Source: Leidyana gryllorum EB-2025a
Lineage: Eukaryota > Protista > Apicomplexa
Reading direction: 5' to 3'
Assembly (NCBI GenBank): GCA_048772705.1
Contig: JBLWGC010000115.1
Location: 1-64,000 of the forward strand
Length of the DNA: 64,000 nt
The position numbers and the translations under genes are program-made. The notes beneath the pieces are model-generated. The model was not told the DNA's origin, searched no databases, and saw only the letters and a list, made by a program, of their open reading frames with translations. Within the stretch, counting starts at the first letter, position 1, and each line of letters opens with the position of its first letter. Below are positions 1 through 11,714 of this stretch, in pieces.

Positions 1-1
1 C

Positions 2-406
2 CCATATGCTTCTACCTACACTTCAGCCGTCGCCTACCGTGGAGGTTGCCCGACCAACATCACCCAAGCCATGCAAGTGTGCACTACCCGCAACCAGCAG
101 GTCGTTGAGAACGCGACACCGATGTTCCAAGTTGAGGCACGGGGCCTCCAAGCCACCGCTATGCAACAGGGCGCTTCTGTCCACGCCGCCTCCGTCCAGC
201 AGCATCAACCGGTTGTGACTGCTCAATACGGTACTGTTGGCAGCGTCGAGATTCCCAGATCAGCTGTTGAAGCCGCCCAGTCCCTCATCCACTCTGCGAC
301 TCAGTACAACACTGATGAGGTGAAGGTGGCAACTCGCGACATGGCCCCCGTTCAGACTGGCTCTGAGGTTCCGTACTTTCCCTGGTGCTGCTTCTCTTCC
401 TCGTGA
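2..406 (+). CDS. 3' end of a gene entering from the left; Q/A/V-rich protein ending YFPWCCFSSS (possible palmitoylated IMC/alveolin-type tail)
   Basis: Frame open from position 2 to TGA at 404-406; C-terminal di-Cys; lies just upstream of an alveolin gene. Confidence 0.55.
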   Translation, partial: PYASTYTSAVAYRGGCPTNITQAMQVCTTRNQQVVENATPMFQVEARGLQATAMQQGASVHAASVQQHQPVVTAQYGTVGSVEIPRSAVEAAQSLIHSATQYNTDEVKVATRDMAPVQTGSEVPYFPWCCFSSS

Positions 407-616
407 GGGTGGCTCAATCCGGAGCCAACTGCCCGCTCAGCAGCCGAGCCGTATCTGCTGCTAGAGACACGTGGTAATTCGTTTAGTTTGGCGCTTCTCA
501 TTTTTTGTCCTTGGAAGTGCTTCGTGAGAACAGAAGTTTGCGGCCTTGATGTGATAAACTATGGACTCAGAGTGATTAGATTGAGTTTCATGCATCTAGA
601 GTCGTCGCACTGTGCC

Positions 617-689
617 AGACAGGTGGCTGTCGAGCAACGCGACCCAACATAGCGTCCAGATCTTGTTGCTCGAACAGCCATTCCTGTCT
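617..689. repeat. Imperfect inverted repeat / hairpin (~22 bp stem, ~26 nt loop)
   Basis: agacaggtggctgtcgagcaac (617-638) pairs with gttgctcgaacagccattcctgtct (665-689) with two small bulges. Confidence 0.75.
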
Positions 690-1052
690 TTGGCAGCTTA
701 GTAATCACATCGCACCAGCAGCTCTATCTCCCCTGCGATCTGTAGTCCCCACCCATCTACTGCTCTACTTACATTAGTCCAGTACTACAGTGAGCGGTTT
801 GAAGGTCATGCGTGATCGGATGCCGGCTGGCTAGCGGTTTGGGTAGGGTTACTACAATGTAGGCAACAACTGCGTGTCCAAAAGCTACTAGTCGTGTGCG
901 ATATAGGTTTGGGACTGGTGTCTCCCTGGCAACGAGATTTTGGTATCACAAATCAACGCAGCTTGTGTTGAACTCCTACTTACCTCGCTTTCTACTACTG
1001 TTTCTTCGGACGCTCGGTTGTAATTAGGAAGTTTGCGCTGAATTTGTCCGTG

Positions 1053-2411
1053 ATGTCGACTTCCGCTGCCCCTGTTATCATGACCCGCGAAATAGGGCCT
1101 GAGACCGTCCATGAGACTTTCGTAAACACCACTACCACCACCACCGATCAGGGTCAGATCGATAACTTGTTTGGCCGTCCTGACGTACACACCGAGACTC
1201 GTAAGGTCAGTAGCGTGATCGTCGAACAGAAATACCTCGGAGATATTCCAACTCAAGATGAAATCCGATATGTGGAGGTGCCGACGATCCAAGAGGAAGT
1301 GAAGTATGTTACTAAGAAGGAGGTTCGCGAGAAGGTTGTGGAGAAGAAAGTTCCCCAGATTGAGTGGGTTGAGCGCGTTGTCGATGTGCCTCAAATCGTC
1401 TGGACCGATGTGCCGGTGGAGAAGGTTCAGTATCAGGAGGTTATTGTCCCTCAATACGTCCAACAAGTCGTCGACAGACCGGTCGAGCGTATTGTCGAAG
1501 TTCCTGTTGTGAAGGACAAGATTGTCGAGAGAGTTGTTGAGGTCCCTGGTGGGATCATCGAGGTCCCCAAACCGTACACTGTGCAAGTGCCCAAGGAGGT
1601 TTATCATGCTGTAGACACTGAAGTCCCCATCATCGTGGCACAGACTATCAAGCCAGTTATCGTGGAGACCAACAAGCAGATGGTTGTGGATGTGATGGAC
1701 TACGAACCCGAGGTCGTGCCGGTGGATGTGCATGTTGCCAAGCCTGTGGCTTCCGCCCTGGAGCTCGTCGGCCAGACTGAGAGTCGCCACAGACTCGTGA
1801 ACATCAGTTCTGCTCAATACAACTCGATCTTGCGCCAACTCAATGTCCATATGGATGAGAAGATCAAGCATACTCTTCCTTATGTCTCCGAGCGCGGTCA
1901 AGTTCAGTTCGTCGATGAGCGTAACCTGACTTACATCGTTGCACCTGAGCATATTGCTATCGAGGGTTACACTCGCCGTGCCCCCAACGTCCGCCCCATC
2001 AACATTGCGATGCAAACCAGCTCCACTGTGGTGTCGGGCACTCATCACAACAACCTCTCTGCCAATCTGTCCTATGCCCAGAACACTTCCGGTACAGTCC
2101 AGGTTTCTGGACAGGGTTCCCTCGGCCAGTATTTGACTACGAGCCCTAGCACCACGACAACTACTGTCAAACAGACAACCACTACTACCACACAACCGAC
2201 TACCACCACTGCCTCCACCGTCAAGCCGGTGACCTCATCTTACCAGACTGTTTCCAACTATCCTGCCACCTCTACCAACTATCAAGCGAGCTCCACAAAC
2301 TATCAAGCTACCTCCAACAACTTCCAGGCTTCTTACAGCGCGGCACCGTCTAATCAAGCGAACTTTCAGACCACCGTCGGCGCGTATAGAGTTGGTGTCA
2401 CCACCGCCTGA
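1053..2411 (+). CDS. Alveolin / inner membrane complex (IMCp-domain) protein with T/S/Q-rich tail
   Basis: V/P/E/K-rich repeats ERIVEVP, DKIVERVVEVP, EKKVPQIEWVERVVDVPQ typical of alveolins; first ATG at 1053. Confidence 0.88.
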   Translation: MSTSAAPVIMTREIGPETVHETFVNTTTTTTDQGQIDNLFGRPDVHTETRKVSSVIVEQKYLGDIPTQDEIRYVEVPTIQEEVKYVTKKEVREKVVEKKVPQIEWVERVVDVPQIVWTDVPVEKVQYQEVIVPQYVQQVVDRPVERIVEVPVVKDKIVERVVEVPGGIIEVPKPYTVQVPKEVYHAVDTEVPIIVAQTIKPVIVETNKQMVVDVMDYEPEVVPVDVHVAKPVASALELVGQTESRHRLVNISSAQYNSILRQLNVHMDEKIKHTLPYVSERGQVQFVDERNLTYIVAPEHIAIEGYTRRAPNVRPINIAMQTSSTVVSGTHHNNLSANLSYAQNTSGTVQVSGQGSLGQYLTTSPSTTTTTVKQTTTTTTQPTTTTASTVKPVTSSYQTVSNYPATSTNYQASSTNYQATSNNFQASYSAAPSNQANFQTTVGAYRVGVTTA

Positions 2412-2563
2412 TCATTTTTCTGCGCACCAAGTTTGTACAAGTGCGTCTTACTTGATCAGTGAGATGCTATTGTGAGTCCAGTGTGATGCATTTCTAGCCT
2501 ATACGAATTAACCAGCAAGTTGCTAACTAGCCTTTTAACCCTGACTAATTGATTGTTCAAACG

Positions 2564-3349
2564 TCAACTATTAACAGCAGAACGGTTCACAGGTGGCTGG
2601 AACAAAGAGCGTATAACACAAAACAGAACTCCACTGATGATTGTCGCCGCTGCCAGCGCAATCAGCACGATGGTAGCCATGTTCGATGATCCCACAAATC
2701 TACCCATGGACGATAAAGTTCCGTGCTTCTCGGTATCACTAGGTGCACTTCGCAAACTGTTGTCTAGGCTGCTGTTGTCTAGGCTCAACACAATTCCAAA
2801 ACCTTCCAATATTTCATCTTCATCTATAGGAGCTGTTCCAGTCCTTCGCAGTGTCTCCGAACCTACTAAAACCTCCTCGGGTGCGAGAGATTTGCTATCA
2901 TTAACAGACGGCTGGTCAGTTTTGGGAGGTCGAGCGCCTTCAACCTGGGCCGCAACAGGCGATGCTCCATCCTGGAGTCCGGATGGTGTGACAACCCCAC
3001 ATCCTTCAGTGACGACCATCGTGTCATCCCACAAGGAGGCGAAACACTTCTCCAAATCAGCTCCTTCGACGAGATCTAACAACCGTACTCGTGGCAACGG
3101 ATCGAGTTCAACGATTGGTTCGAGGGTTCTTTGAGATGCTGAGTGGTGACCTCGTAATGTTGCCCAGATAGAAAGGGGGGTCTCTACTCCCTCTGTACAA
3201 CGACCAGCTGTAGTTGCTTCATGTAACAGAGGGACACAATGTGTGCTGAACTTACTAATCTCCGCCGCACTTGCGACCACATAGGAATCTTCTATGGTGG
3301 CATGCCAGATAAAGGCGTTGAAGAGGGCAGCCAGTAGATTGCCGTTCAT
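2564..3349 (-). CDS. Hypothetical type I membrane protein
   Basis: 261 aa ORF; hydrophobic N-terminus (LLAALFNAFIW) and C-terminal TM segment (IVLIALAAATIISGVLFCVI). Confidence 0.65.
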   Translation of the reverse strand: MNGNLLAALFNAFIWHATIEDSYVVASAAEISKFSTHCVPLLHEATTAGRCTEGVETPLSIWATLRGHHSASQRTLEPIVELDPLPRVRLLDLVEGADLEKCFASLWDDTMVVTEGCGVVTPSGLQDGASPVAAQVEGARPPKTDQPSVNDSKSLAPEEVLVGSETLRRTGTAPIDEDEILEGFGIVLSLDNSSLDNSLRSAPSDTEKHGTLSSMGRFVGSSNMATIVLIALAAATIISGVLFCVIRSLFQPPVNRSAVNS

Positions 3350-3564
3350 TTCTTTCCCTCAGGCACGATTCGCGGTATGCCGCCACTGTTTGACGCCGAA
3401 GCTCTACACCACACGTGTGTGTTCACATGGGCTAGCTACGTATCACAGCTTGAAGCGATCGTGCATCCGACTTCTCGCGGCCATTGAATAGTAGCCCACG
3501 CGGCTGGCATAAAATTCGTCAACAAGTCCGCCAAATTCACACTTGAGATTTGTCAAAGAGGCAA

Positions 3565-5116
3565 ATGACCACGAGACCAGCCGGCGGCCTCCGGTCCCTA
3601 TACCTGAGGCCAGATATTTCATGTGCGAAAGGGCGGGCGATTAGAAATCTGTGGGCTCGAAGTTTGAGTGGTCAAACCACGATTCAAGACTTGACTAATG
3701 TGATTGGGGGAGGCTCGGCAAAAGCTACCCCATTCCTGAACGCATTTAAAGAAGAATACAAGGAAGAGTGGGAGAGATTCTCAGAAGAGCTGCCGACGGT
3801 ATGTGAAGCTGTGCTGTTGTTACCATGGCAACTGGATCAATCATTGGCAAGGGAAGCATATGATTTACAGCGACCGAATGGTTTGACAGTTGCATCGGCA
3901 GTGACGCTCGGCGGTATTGAAACGCCAGACCACTTACGACTGGAGATCCCCCAGAAAAGTACAGTCTTGCGAGTACCATTTACTGTTCCCAAAGTTGTCA
4001 GCATGGTCACCGAAGTGACACCTCTGGCCGACATTGAAAACATTATACTTCGTCCCCTCACAACTTTTTCTCTTGTGGGAGCTTTAGTCCTTGGCGTGTC
4101 AGCGGAGTTGTTACGAGGCCATCCTAATTACACGTTGGAATCATTCTGGCCGAGCGACGAAGCAGAGAGCACATACTATGCGAAGAAGGCGCACAAACGA
4201 TCGGGGTGTCAAATGGCCAAATGGAGGGCTTTCTGCCACTATCTGGCCAGCACCGCTCCCAACATAACCAGCTGTACTCGCGCACCGCTTCAAATCACTT
4301 TCAGAAGACTCTTACGTCCTTGGACGTTGGAGGGTCTAGCGCAGTCGAAACAACCTTTACTCCGTCCGAGGCTCATTGGTCTACAGAACGTCCCACAGGG
4401 CACCCCCACTCGGAATCAAGAGATGCCAAACAGTTACGTTGTCGACTTTGCCCACTATACGGGAGGTGGTCATTTTCTCAGATCCGGTGAGTGTTCAGCA
4501 AATATGTGAGCGTTCCAACGAGCATTGCCGCACAGGGGCAGCACAAGAGGAGTGTTTGTTCACGCAATTCCCAGAGTGCGTTGTATCAATGCTCGTGACG
4601 GCTGGAATGGAGGATTTGGATGCATATGTTATGGAGAATTTGTACGCAGCCGTCGAGTACGATGGGTATATGGAGAGCTTGCGAGTCAGGAAGCTATTGC
4701 CGGTTGATCAACAAGTGCCTGTGGACATGGTGGTGGTGGATGCCACAGCTTTCCGGAGCAATGAGGCCAAGATGGTGAAACAATATGAGCCGCCAGCCAT
4801 ACTGAGAGAGCTGAACAAAGTGACAGCTGCACTAGTCAACTGTAACAGGAGTAAAACTTATTCAACTGGCAACTGGGGATGTGGTGTCTTTCGAGGTGAT
4901 CCTGTCCTCAAGTTCCTGATTCAGTGGGTAGCGACTAGTGAGGCTGGAGTGACAATGACATACTTTCCGTTTGATGACAAGTTGCTGGCTGATCTGGAAC
5001 GCGTTATGAAACGCGTGGAAAATCTGAGTGTAGGGGATTTATGGGATCGGATGATCAAGATCGCGGCAACGCCACTGGGCCATAGGACGTATCTCGCCAG
5101 CTTTTTTTCGTTTTGA
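3565..5116 (+). CDS. PARG: Poly(ADP-ribose) glycohydrolase-like protein, copy 1 (intron 4487-4535)
   Basis: Spliced sequence gives VDFA..GGG..GAAQEECLF..FPE and STGNWGCGVFRGDP.LKFLIQW PARG motifs; 49-nt GT-AG intron joins the two ORFs in frame. Confidence 0.85.
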
Positions 5117-5118
5117 CA

Positions 5119-6778
5119 ATGATGGACACCCACTCTTATCGGAAGGTGCGAACTTTGAATCGTCCACCTCACTCATGTCCAAGCAGCGGTCCAAGCTTCC
5201 TACCCAAGTTACATGCTGCGGCGATCAAACGTGAAGTCACTCCCCAGATGCTCGACAAGGCTGTTTGCGGCGAGGGGATGGCCACTGTGATGTTCAAGCG
5301 AATGGGTGGTATACAGTTCGAGGCTCTGGTTGCGATACTGCCATTTGTGTTGGAATGTGTGTTCTCATTACCAGCTCAAGTGGCTGGTCGCGAGTTGGAT
5401 GAAGGTGTTCGATGGCAACATATCACTCAGCCCTGGGCATTTGAGAGAGGAGGCTTTCGAGAAGCCCACACCAACAATCGTGTTCTGTTGCCTCAAGAAG
5501 GGAAGCCCCAGGCCTGGATAGTATTGCCCTACTTTGCAGGCAATGGTCAGACAGCCGACGAAGCGGCGAGTGGGGGGCGTATACAGACGCCCGCGACTTT
5601 TATCTCTCAAGTGGCTGATGGAAGTTGTGAGATTGACGATCAGATTATTGTCTTGACACCCCTCACAGCCTTTTCGCTGGTTTCTTCACTGTTATTTGGG
5701 TACGAAGCCGTGGCTCAAGATGCTACGCAGTGCCCGTTCACCCTGAGGGGCTTCTTCCAATACCAAAAAGAGTGTCAGTATCACAAACTGATCTGTTTGA
5801 TTAATTATGTAATCACTAATGCCCATGCTTTGCTGCGTGATCTACCGCGAGCGCCTGTGATATTCGAATACCGCACTTTGAACAGAGGATGGGATACTCA
5901 GTCATTAGATACTGTGGAATGCGTACTTCAACAGGTCAAATTTATTGACCCGAAAGCCGCCTTTGTTCCGCCAAGCAAGGTGCAAGAAGTGCAAGGCGCC
6001 TGGGTGGTTGACTTTGCGGACCGTGTCCCTGGTGGCTTTGCACTCACGTGGGGTACCGCGCAAGAGGAGCTTTTGGTTTTACAGCATCCCGAAGCTCTTT
6101 TACTGCCCCTTTTCTGTCCTGTGATGGGGGATCTCAATGCTATTCGTGTCCGTAATGTGCTTCCCACGGTGGAGTATGATGGATATGAGGAAAGCTTCCG
6201 AGTCAAACACCTTTGGGAGGTGAAGCCGAAACTCAGCATTGACATCCTGGTGATCGATGCTATTGACCACACCGAGAAACGAAGTCGACTGCACTCTCCG
6301 ATGCAATTAACCCTACGCGAGATCAACAAACTCACTGCAGGCCTGGGGGAGACGCCAGGTCGGCTTGTATCAACTGGTAAGTGCGGCGTTGAATGATCAA
6401 ATTAAAAATCGTTGGGCTTCAGGGAATTGGGGTTGTGGACACTTTGGCGGTGACATTGTACAAAAGTTCCTCCTGCAATGGCTGGTCGCCAGCATTTATG
6501 ACTGTCCCATCATATACTTCTCCTTTGATTTGAGTGTTCAGGACACACTGATGAAAGTGCGACGGTTGGTGGACGAATATCAATTGAGTGCTCGTGAGCT
6601 GTGGCGATACATGAGAGCAGCCATAGAGTTACGGCCGAAGCAGCCGTTTGGTACAGCCTTTGAGGAGATAATGATATCAACGGAGGAAACTGGTCGACGG
6701 CTGGCCTGCACCTCAGGGCTCAAGGAAGCATTTGAGCAGGTAGTGGGAGAAAAACAGCTTAGCAGCGCAAAAAATTAA
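5119..6778 (+). CDS. PARG: Poly(ADP-ribose) glycohydrolase-like protein, copy 2 (intron 6377-6422)
   Basis: VDFADRVPGG..GTAQEELL..HPE and spliced STGNWGCGHFGGD..KFLLQW; shares LxPLTxFSLV and VEYDGYxES with copy 1. Confidence 0.83.
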
Positions 6779-6789
6779 GCTCGGTCAAG

Positions 6790-9700
6790 ATGGAGGTCGA
6801 TGAGGCCTTCAGTCACTTCGGCGGAAGTTTCACGGAGGATAACCGCCCCACTAAGGCCAGGCGTCAGGATCTGTCCGGGAGGCGGATCGATGTGAACCCC
6901 AACCCACATTCCGGGGACAAGGCCCCCAGTTACCACCGAAAGGGAGGCGCCAAGTCGAGTATCAAGACTGAGACCCCCCCTACTGAAACCCCCGTACCTG
7001 CCGCGACGCCGCAAGGCGATGAAATGTGTCGAGACATTGTCATCGAACGTTATGATGGTGGCGATGGCTCTACACTGTTGGAGACGTCGAAAAACTGCGT
7101 ACATGAGTGTGTTCGGCCAGTTGGGTATGTACGGAAACCCAAACCAGAACGTCCCCCCGCCAAGCAGTTTAGTTACACATTGGATCCATTTCAGGTGAGC
7201 GCGAAGAGAGTATCCTGTCGGTTCATTGATCCCCTTGCCTTTCCAACAGAAAGCCGCTGTCGAATGTCTCGAGAGCGGTGAGAGTGTCCTCGTAGCTGCC
7301 CATACCAGTGCCGGAAAGACAACCGTTGCTGAATATGCGATTGCCATGGCTCTGAGAGATGGCAGTCGAGTTGTTTACACCAGTCCCATCAAGGCTCTGT
7401 CGAATCAAAAGTATCGTGATCTGGCCGAGCAGTTTGGTGATGTTGGTCTAATGACCGGTGATGTGACGTTGAATCCTAATTCCAGTATAATCATCATGAC
7501 GACTGAGATTTTGCGATCAATCCTTTATCGAGGGTCCGAGTTGGTTCGAGAAGTTCGATGGGTTGTGTTCGATGAGATTCACTATATGAGAGATCGCGAA
7601 CGCGGAGTGGTGTGGGAGGAGAGCATCATTCTGCTGCCCGACAGTGTCCGTCAAGTATTTCTTTCGGCCACGATACCGAATGCGTTGGAGTTTGCCGAAT
7701 GGATCTGTCGGGTTAAACATCAACCCTGTCATGTCATTAGCACAAACTATCGACCGACGCCTCTGCAGCACTTTATCTACCCGAGTGGCAGTGATGGAGT
7801 GCTCATGGTGATGGACGAGAAGCGTAATTTCAAGGAAGACAATTTCCGACTTGCATTGAACAAACTGAAGATGACTAATGAAGAGGATCTGCTTCCCAAA
7901 GGGATGCAGCCCATGAAGAAACGCAAACAGGCCTCTGGGAGTGCCGGAAGTGACCTGGCGAAGATCATTGGGATGTGTCATCAGCGCGAATACATTCCGG
8001 TTATTGTCTTTGCATTCAGCAAATTGGAGGTCGAGGAGAACGCTGCAATTTTGGAGAAGGCCGACTTGACTGATCAAGACGAGAAGTCGAGCATTGAGCA
8101 AATCTTTAGCAACGCTGTCGCGACCCTGGCAGAAGAAGATCAAAATTTGCCTCAGATCGGGGCTGTGCTCCCAATGTTGATGCGCGGCATCGGCATCCAT
8201 CATGGTGGTCTGTTGCCCATTGTCAAAGAGATCACGGAATTGCTGTTTCAGGTGAGGCGAGGGAGTGCTCCCACCAATCCTTCATTCCCCTTTGTCTGTC
8301 GCAGGAAATGCTCATTAAGGTTCTTTTCTCCACCGAAACCTTCTCGATGGGAATCAACATGCCCGCCAAGACTGTAATTTTCTCGGCTTTGGAGAAGTGG
8401 GATGGACAACGCCGACGAATGATCAGTCCTGGCGAGTATATTCAGATGTCTGGACGGGCAGGCCGTCGAGGACTCGATGCTCGTGGACTGTCAATTGTGA
8501 TGGTGCCCCCCAATGCAGATCCAGATGAGCTCAAAGCGCTGTTCACGGGCGAGCCTTTGAGATTGGATAGTCACTTCTACCTGAAATATAATACACTCTT
8601 AAACTTACTTCGAGTCGACGGAGCGGATCCCCAGTATATGCTGCAAAGAAGTTTCCATCAGTTTCAGAGGGAGAAACAGACAATCTCGCTCGAGGAGAAC
8701 AAACGAAAGATGGAGATCGAGTTGGCAAATCACGAAACAGTCCAAGTCATGATCGAAGACGTGGCTAAGGCAGTGGAGGGAGGCGACCCACAAGAGGTGC
8801 TGCCCCCTCAGCTCCGCGGCAAGAATCAAGAGACGATAGAGGAGGCTCTGGGAGAGTTTGTCGCTTGCGTGCAGCAAGTCAAAGAACTGAAACGAGAGAT
8901 CGCTTCTAAAGCTTACGCTGATACTCGTATCACTCGCTTCCTCCAACGCGGTCGCTTAATCCATGTTGTTGACGGTGATATTGATTGGGGTTACGGCATC
9001 GTGCTGAGCACCAGACATGCCCGAATGCCCAATGGCCAACCCGAATTGGTATTAGATGTCTTGTTGGAGTGCGAGAACGGCCGCCCGCAACCCAATGTCC
9101 CATTCAAGCTCGAGCAGGCGACTCCGACGGCTGGAGGAATTATGGACAATTTACTCCTCGGCGCAGAATTGCCCCCAATCAATGAGAAGACCAAATTCGA
9201 GATCTTCCCAGTCACTCGCAGTGCATTATTAGCTGTCACAGGGGTACGTCCACCAGTCTTTCACATCACCCACTCATTTCTTTTCCTCAGATCCTCACCA
9301 AGCTGGGCGACCAAAACCGGGTCAAGGCCGATGAGTATCGAACCAGTGTAGGCAACATCCTGCAAGAAGTACGTCGGAGACGCAAAGATATCCCTCTCAT
9401 TCACCCAATCCAAGACTTGGAGGGCAATCACGACGTCCTCGGGCCACTTATCCAGTGAGTTTTGCACACTCAGATCGCCTCTGGAACATTCTAAATTTCA
9501 GCGATTATGAAGTCACCTTGAACTGCTTGAAGGAGAACTGTTTCTACGGATGGAAATACGCAAAAGACTTCCACCGGCGGTTCGACCAGCGGGTGCAACT
9601 CGAGACATCCATCAGACAGATCGAGTCGCAGCTCCAAATGGCAAAATCACCCAAAGCCATTTCTGAGCTCAAGGGGATGGAAGAGGTGTTGAGAAGGCTC

Positions 9701-10302
9701 AAGTATGTGGACGAGAACAACGTAGTGACGTTCAAAGGTCGGATTGCTTGTGATGTGAGCACAGTCGACGAATTAATTATTGGAGAGATGCTTTTCGACA
9801 ACGTCTTGTCGGAGTTAGATGTCGAGTACCTCTGCGCCATGCTCAGTTGTCTGGTGCATGAAGACAAACCAAGCGACAAGCCGCCCGAAGATAGCCGACT
9901 CGCTCAGCTGCACGAACAGGTCAAGCGAGTGGCACGAAAAATCGCCGAGACGTCGATTGCCAGCCGCTTGGAAGTCAATGCCGAAGATTATGTTAAGAAG
10001 TTCGACTCTTCGGTGAGCTCTACGTGGTGGTCAACAGCCTGTTTAACACACACGAACGCACACATCAGCTTATGAAAGCCACACTAATGTGGATGCGGAG
10101 CGACAGTTTTTCGCAGATTGTCAAGGAAACGACTGCCTACGAGGGATCCATTGTACGCTCTTTCAGGCGGTTAGAAGAAATGTTGAGGGATCTGGCAAGT
10201 GCTGCTAAGACCATGGGGTCGGCGAATCTGGAAGCCAAATTTTTGGATGCCATCAAAGTGCTGAAGCGTGGCATTATCTTTGCCGCCTCGCTGTACCTCT
10301 GA
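6790..10302 (+). CDS. MTR4: Ski2-like DExH RNA helicase MTR4 (introns 7195-7249, 8252-8304, 9244-9290, 9455-9501, 10013-10068)
   Basis: [43 protein letters not shown]-terminal IIFAASLYL; all five introns restore frame. Confidence 0.93.
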
Positions 10303-10370
10303 GTTGGAGGTAAGTGTGCGAGGCCACAATAAACGTTCGGCAAGGTGTGGTTACCAAAAAAACACATTTA

Positions 10371-11372
10371 CTACGCATTGAAGCCTGGCATCCTCTCTGC
10401 AAACGCTTTCTGGATCTTCTCCCTCACATGGTAGGGATCTTTGGGTGCGACGGTTGTGGTACTGACCGCTCCCGTAACCTCTGCGATCTTATCCTGCGTC
10501 AACAATACCATACCCCCAGCGCCAGCGACCGGATCACCGTGTCCCTGTTCGAGTAATGACTTGACCACGCCTATCTGCCCATCCTCGGGCAGCTTGTCAT
10601 ACGGCACAGCACCCCACACGGGCAGTTTGTGCACTTGCGATACGACTCCAGCTATCTTCCGGGGCGCTCCGTCCGGAGTCTTGTCCACGTCACCGTGGAG
10701 CGTATGACCAGCTGAAGCCAGTGCGCTGTCTTCTGTACTCAGCTTGGCGAGAACATTATCCTTTTCGCCTGGTACAAACGAGCCCCGCAAGGTTTCACCT
10801 AAATCCTGGGGACCGCCTTTCTTCTCCTCCGGCTTCTTGGGGGACTCGTTGTTCTTATTGTTGTTGTCCTTGGCCGGATCGCTGCTGGCATTCTTCGCTG
10901 CCGCCTCCTCTGCCTGCTTCCTGGCTTCGTCTCTCATGGCACCGAAATCCATGGCTTGAGCGGACCGGCTGGGCTCGTCGTCAGGCTCCAGCGACATGGG
11001 TCCTCGACGCAGATAGCTGCGGGCGTTGGTGGTTGTTGGGAGACTGGCGCCCCTACGTCTCGGGAGAACGTAAGAGCCCACGTTGGCGAAGCTCATTACC
11101 TCCCTTGAGGGAGTTGCGTAGTTCGGCCCGAATGCCCAGTTAGACATCCAGGGGAATCCTCGGAGGGCTGGAGGGAGCGCAGGCCACCACCAACCAGCAG
11201 AGGGATCCAACCCCTGAGTTCGAGCTAGCCAGTTCTGCTTCGCTGGAGACATGAGAGCACAAGGACCAGTTGAGAAGGCGGCAGGCGTCGGGTGGGTGGT
11301 CCACGGATACGAAGGTAGCAACGACCACGCATTCGCAACTAGAGGAAGAAGCGCCAAACGAACGAGCGACAT
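10371..11372 (-). CDS. Secreted orphan protein, cluster gene 1 (W/P-rich N-half, SRSAQ motif)
   Basis: 333 aa ORF; signal peptide MSLVRLALLPLVANA; EPSRSAQ at ~10956-10970. Confidence 0.75.
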   Translation of the reverse strand: MSLVRLALLPLVANAWSLLPSYPWTTHPTPAAFSTGPCALMSPAKQNWLARTQGLDPSAGWWWPALPPALRGFPWMSNWAFGPNYATPSREVMSFANVGSYVLPRRRGASLPTTTNARSYLRRGPMSLEPDDEPSRSAQAMDFGAMRDEARKQAEEAAAKNASSDPAKDNNNKNNESPKKPEEKKGGPQDLGETLRGSFVPGEKDNVLAKLSTEDSALASAGHTLHGDVDKTPDGAPRKIAGVVSQVHKLPVWGAVPYDKLPEDGQIGVVKSLLEQGHGDPVAGAGGMVLLTQDKIAEVTGAVSTTTVAPKDPYHVREKIQKAFAERMPGFNA

Positions 11373-11714
11373 GGTATCTCGATGGCAAGCGTCGATGGGA
11401 AAGAGAAAAGCTCGGTCCGAGTATGAAAACCTCGCCGCAGCTTCGTGTCATTCGACACGCATCGATGGGTATACCACGTGGTGGTGGGAGTAGTACTCTT
11501 TTACACTCAGATTGTATTGGAGAGAACAATAATGCACTGATCGCGGGCCCTCCGCACATCATAATCGTAGCCGTCCGTACGGACGCTCCCAACTTGTAGC
11601 CTCCGCCCACCGTAATTACTATTCTTCATGTTGACACCAACTCACACTCTCCAGACAAGCAGTGTAGAGAGTTATGAATGTGTGTGTTCGCGAGACGCTT
11701 GGCGACGCAATCAA

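Noticed and set aside
888-2195. 435-aa antisense ORF over the alveolin gene
   Set aside because: Shadow ORF from biased codon usage; the + strand carries clear alveolin repeats
3565-10302. Apparent frameshifts or pseudogenes in the PARG and MTR4 ORF fragments
   Set aside because: Every break is explained by a canonical 46-56 nt GT-AG intron that restores frame; no recoding or alternative genetic code is needed
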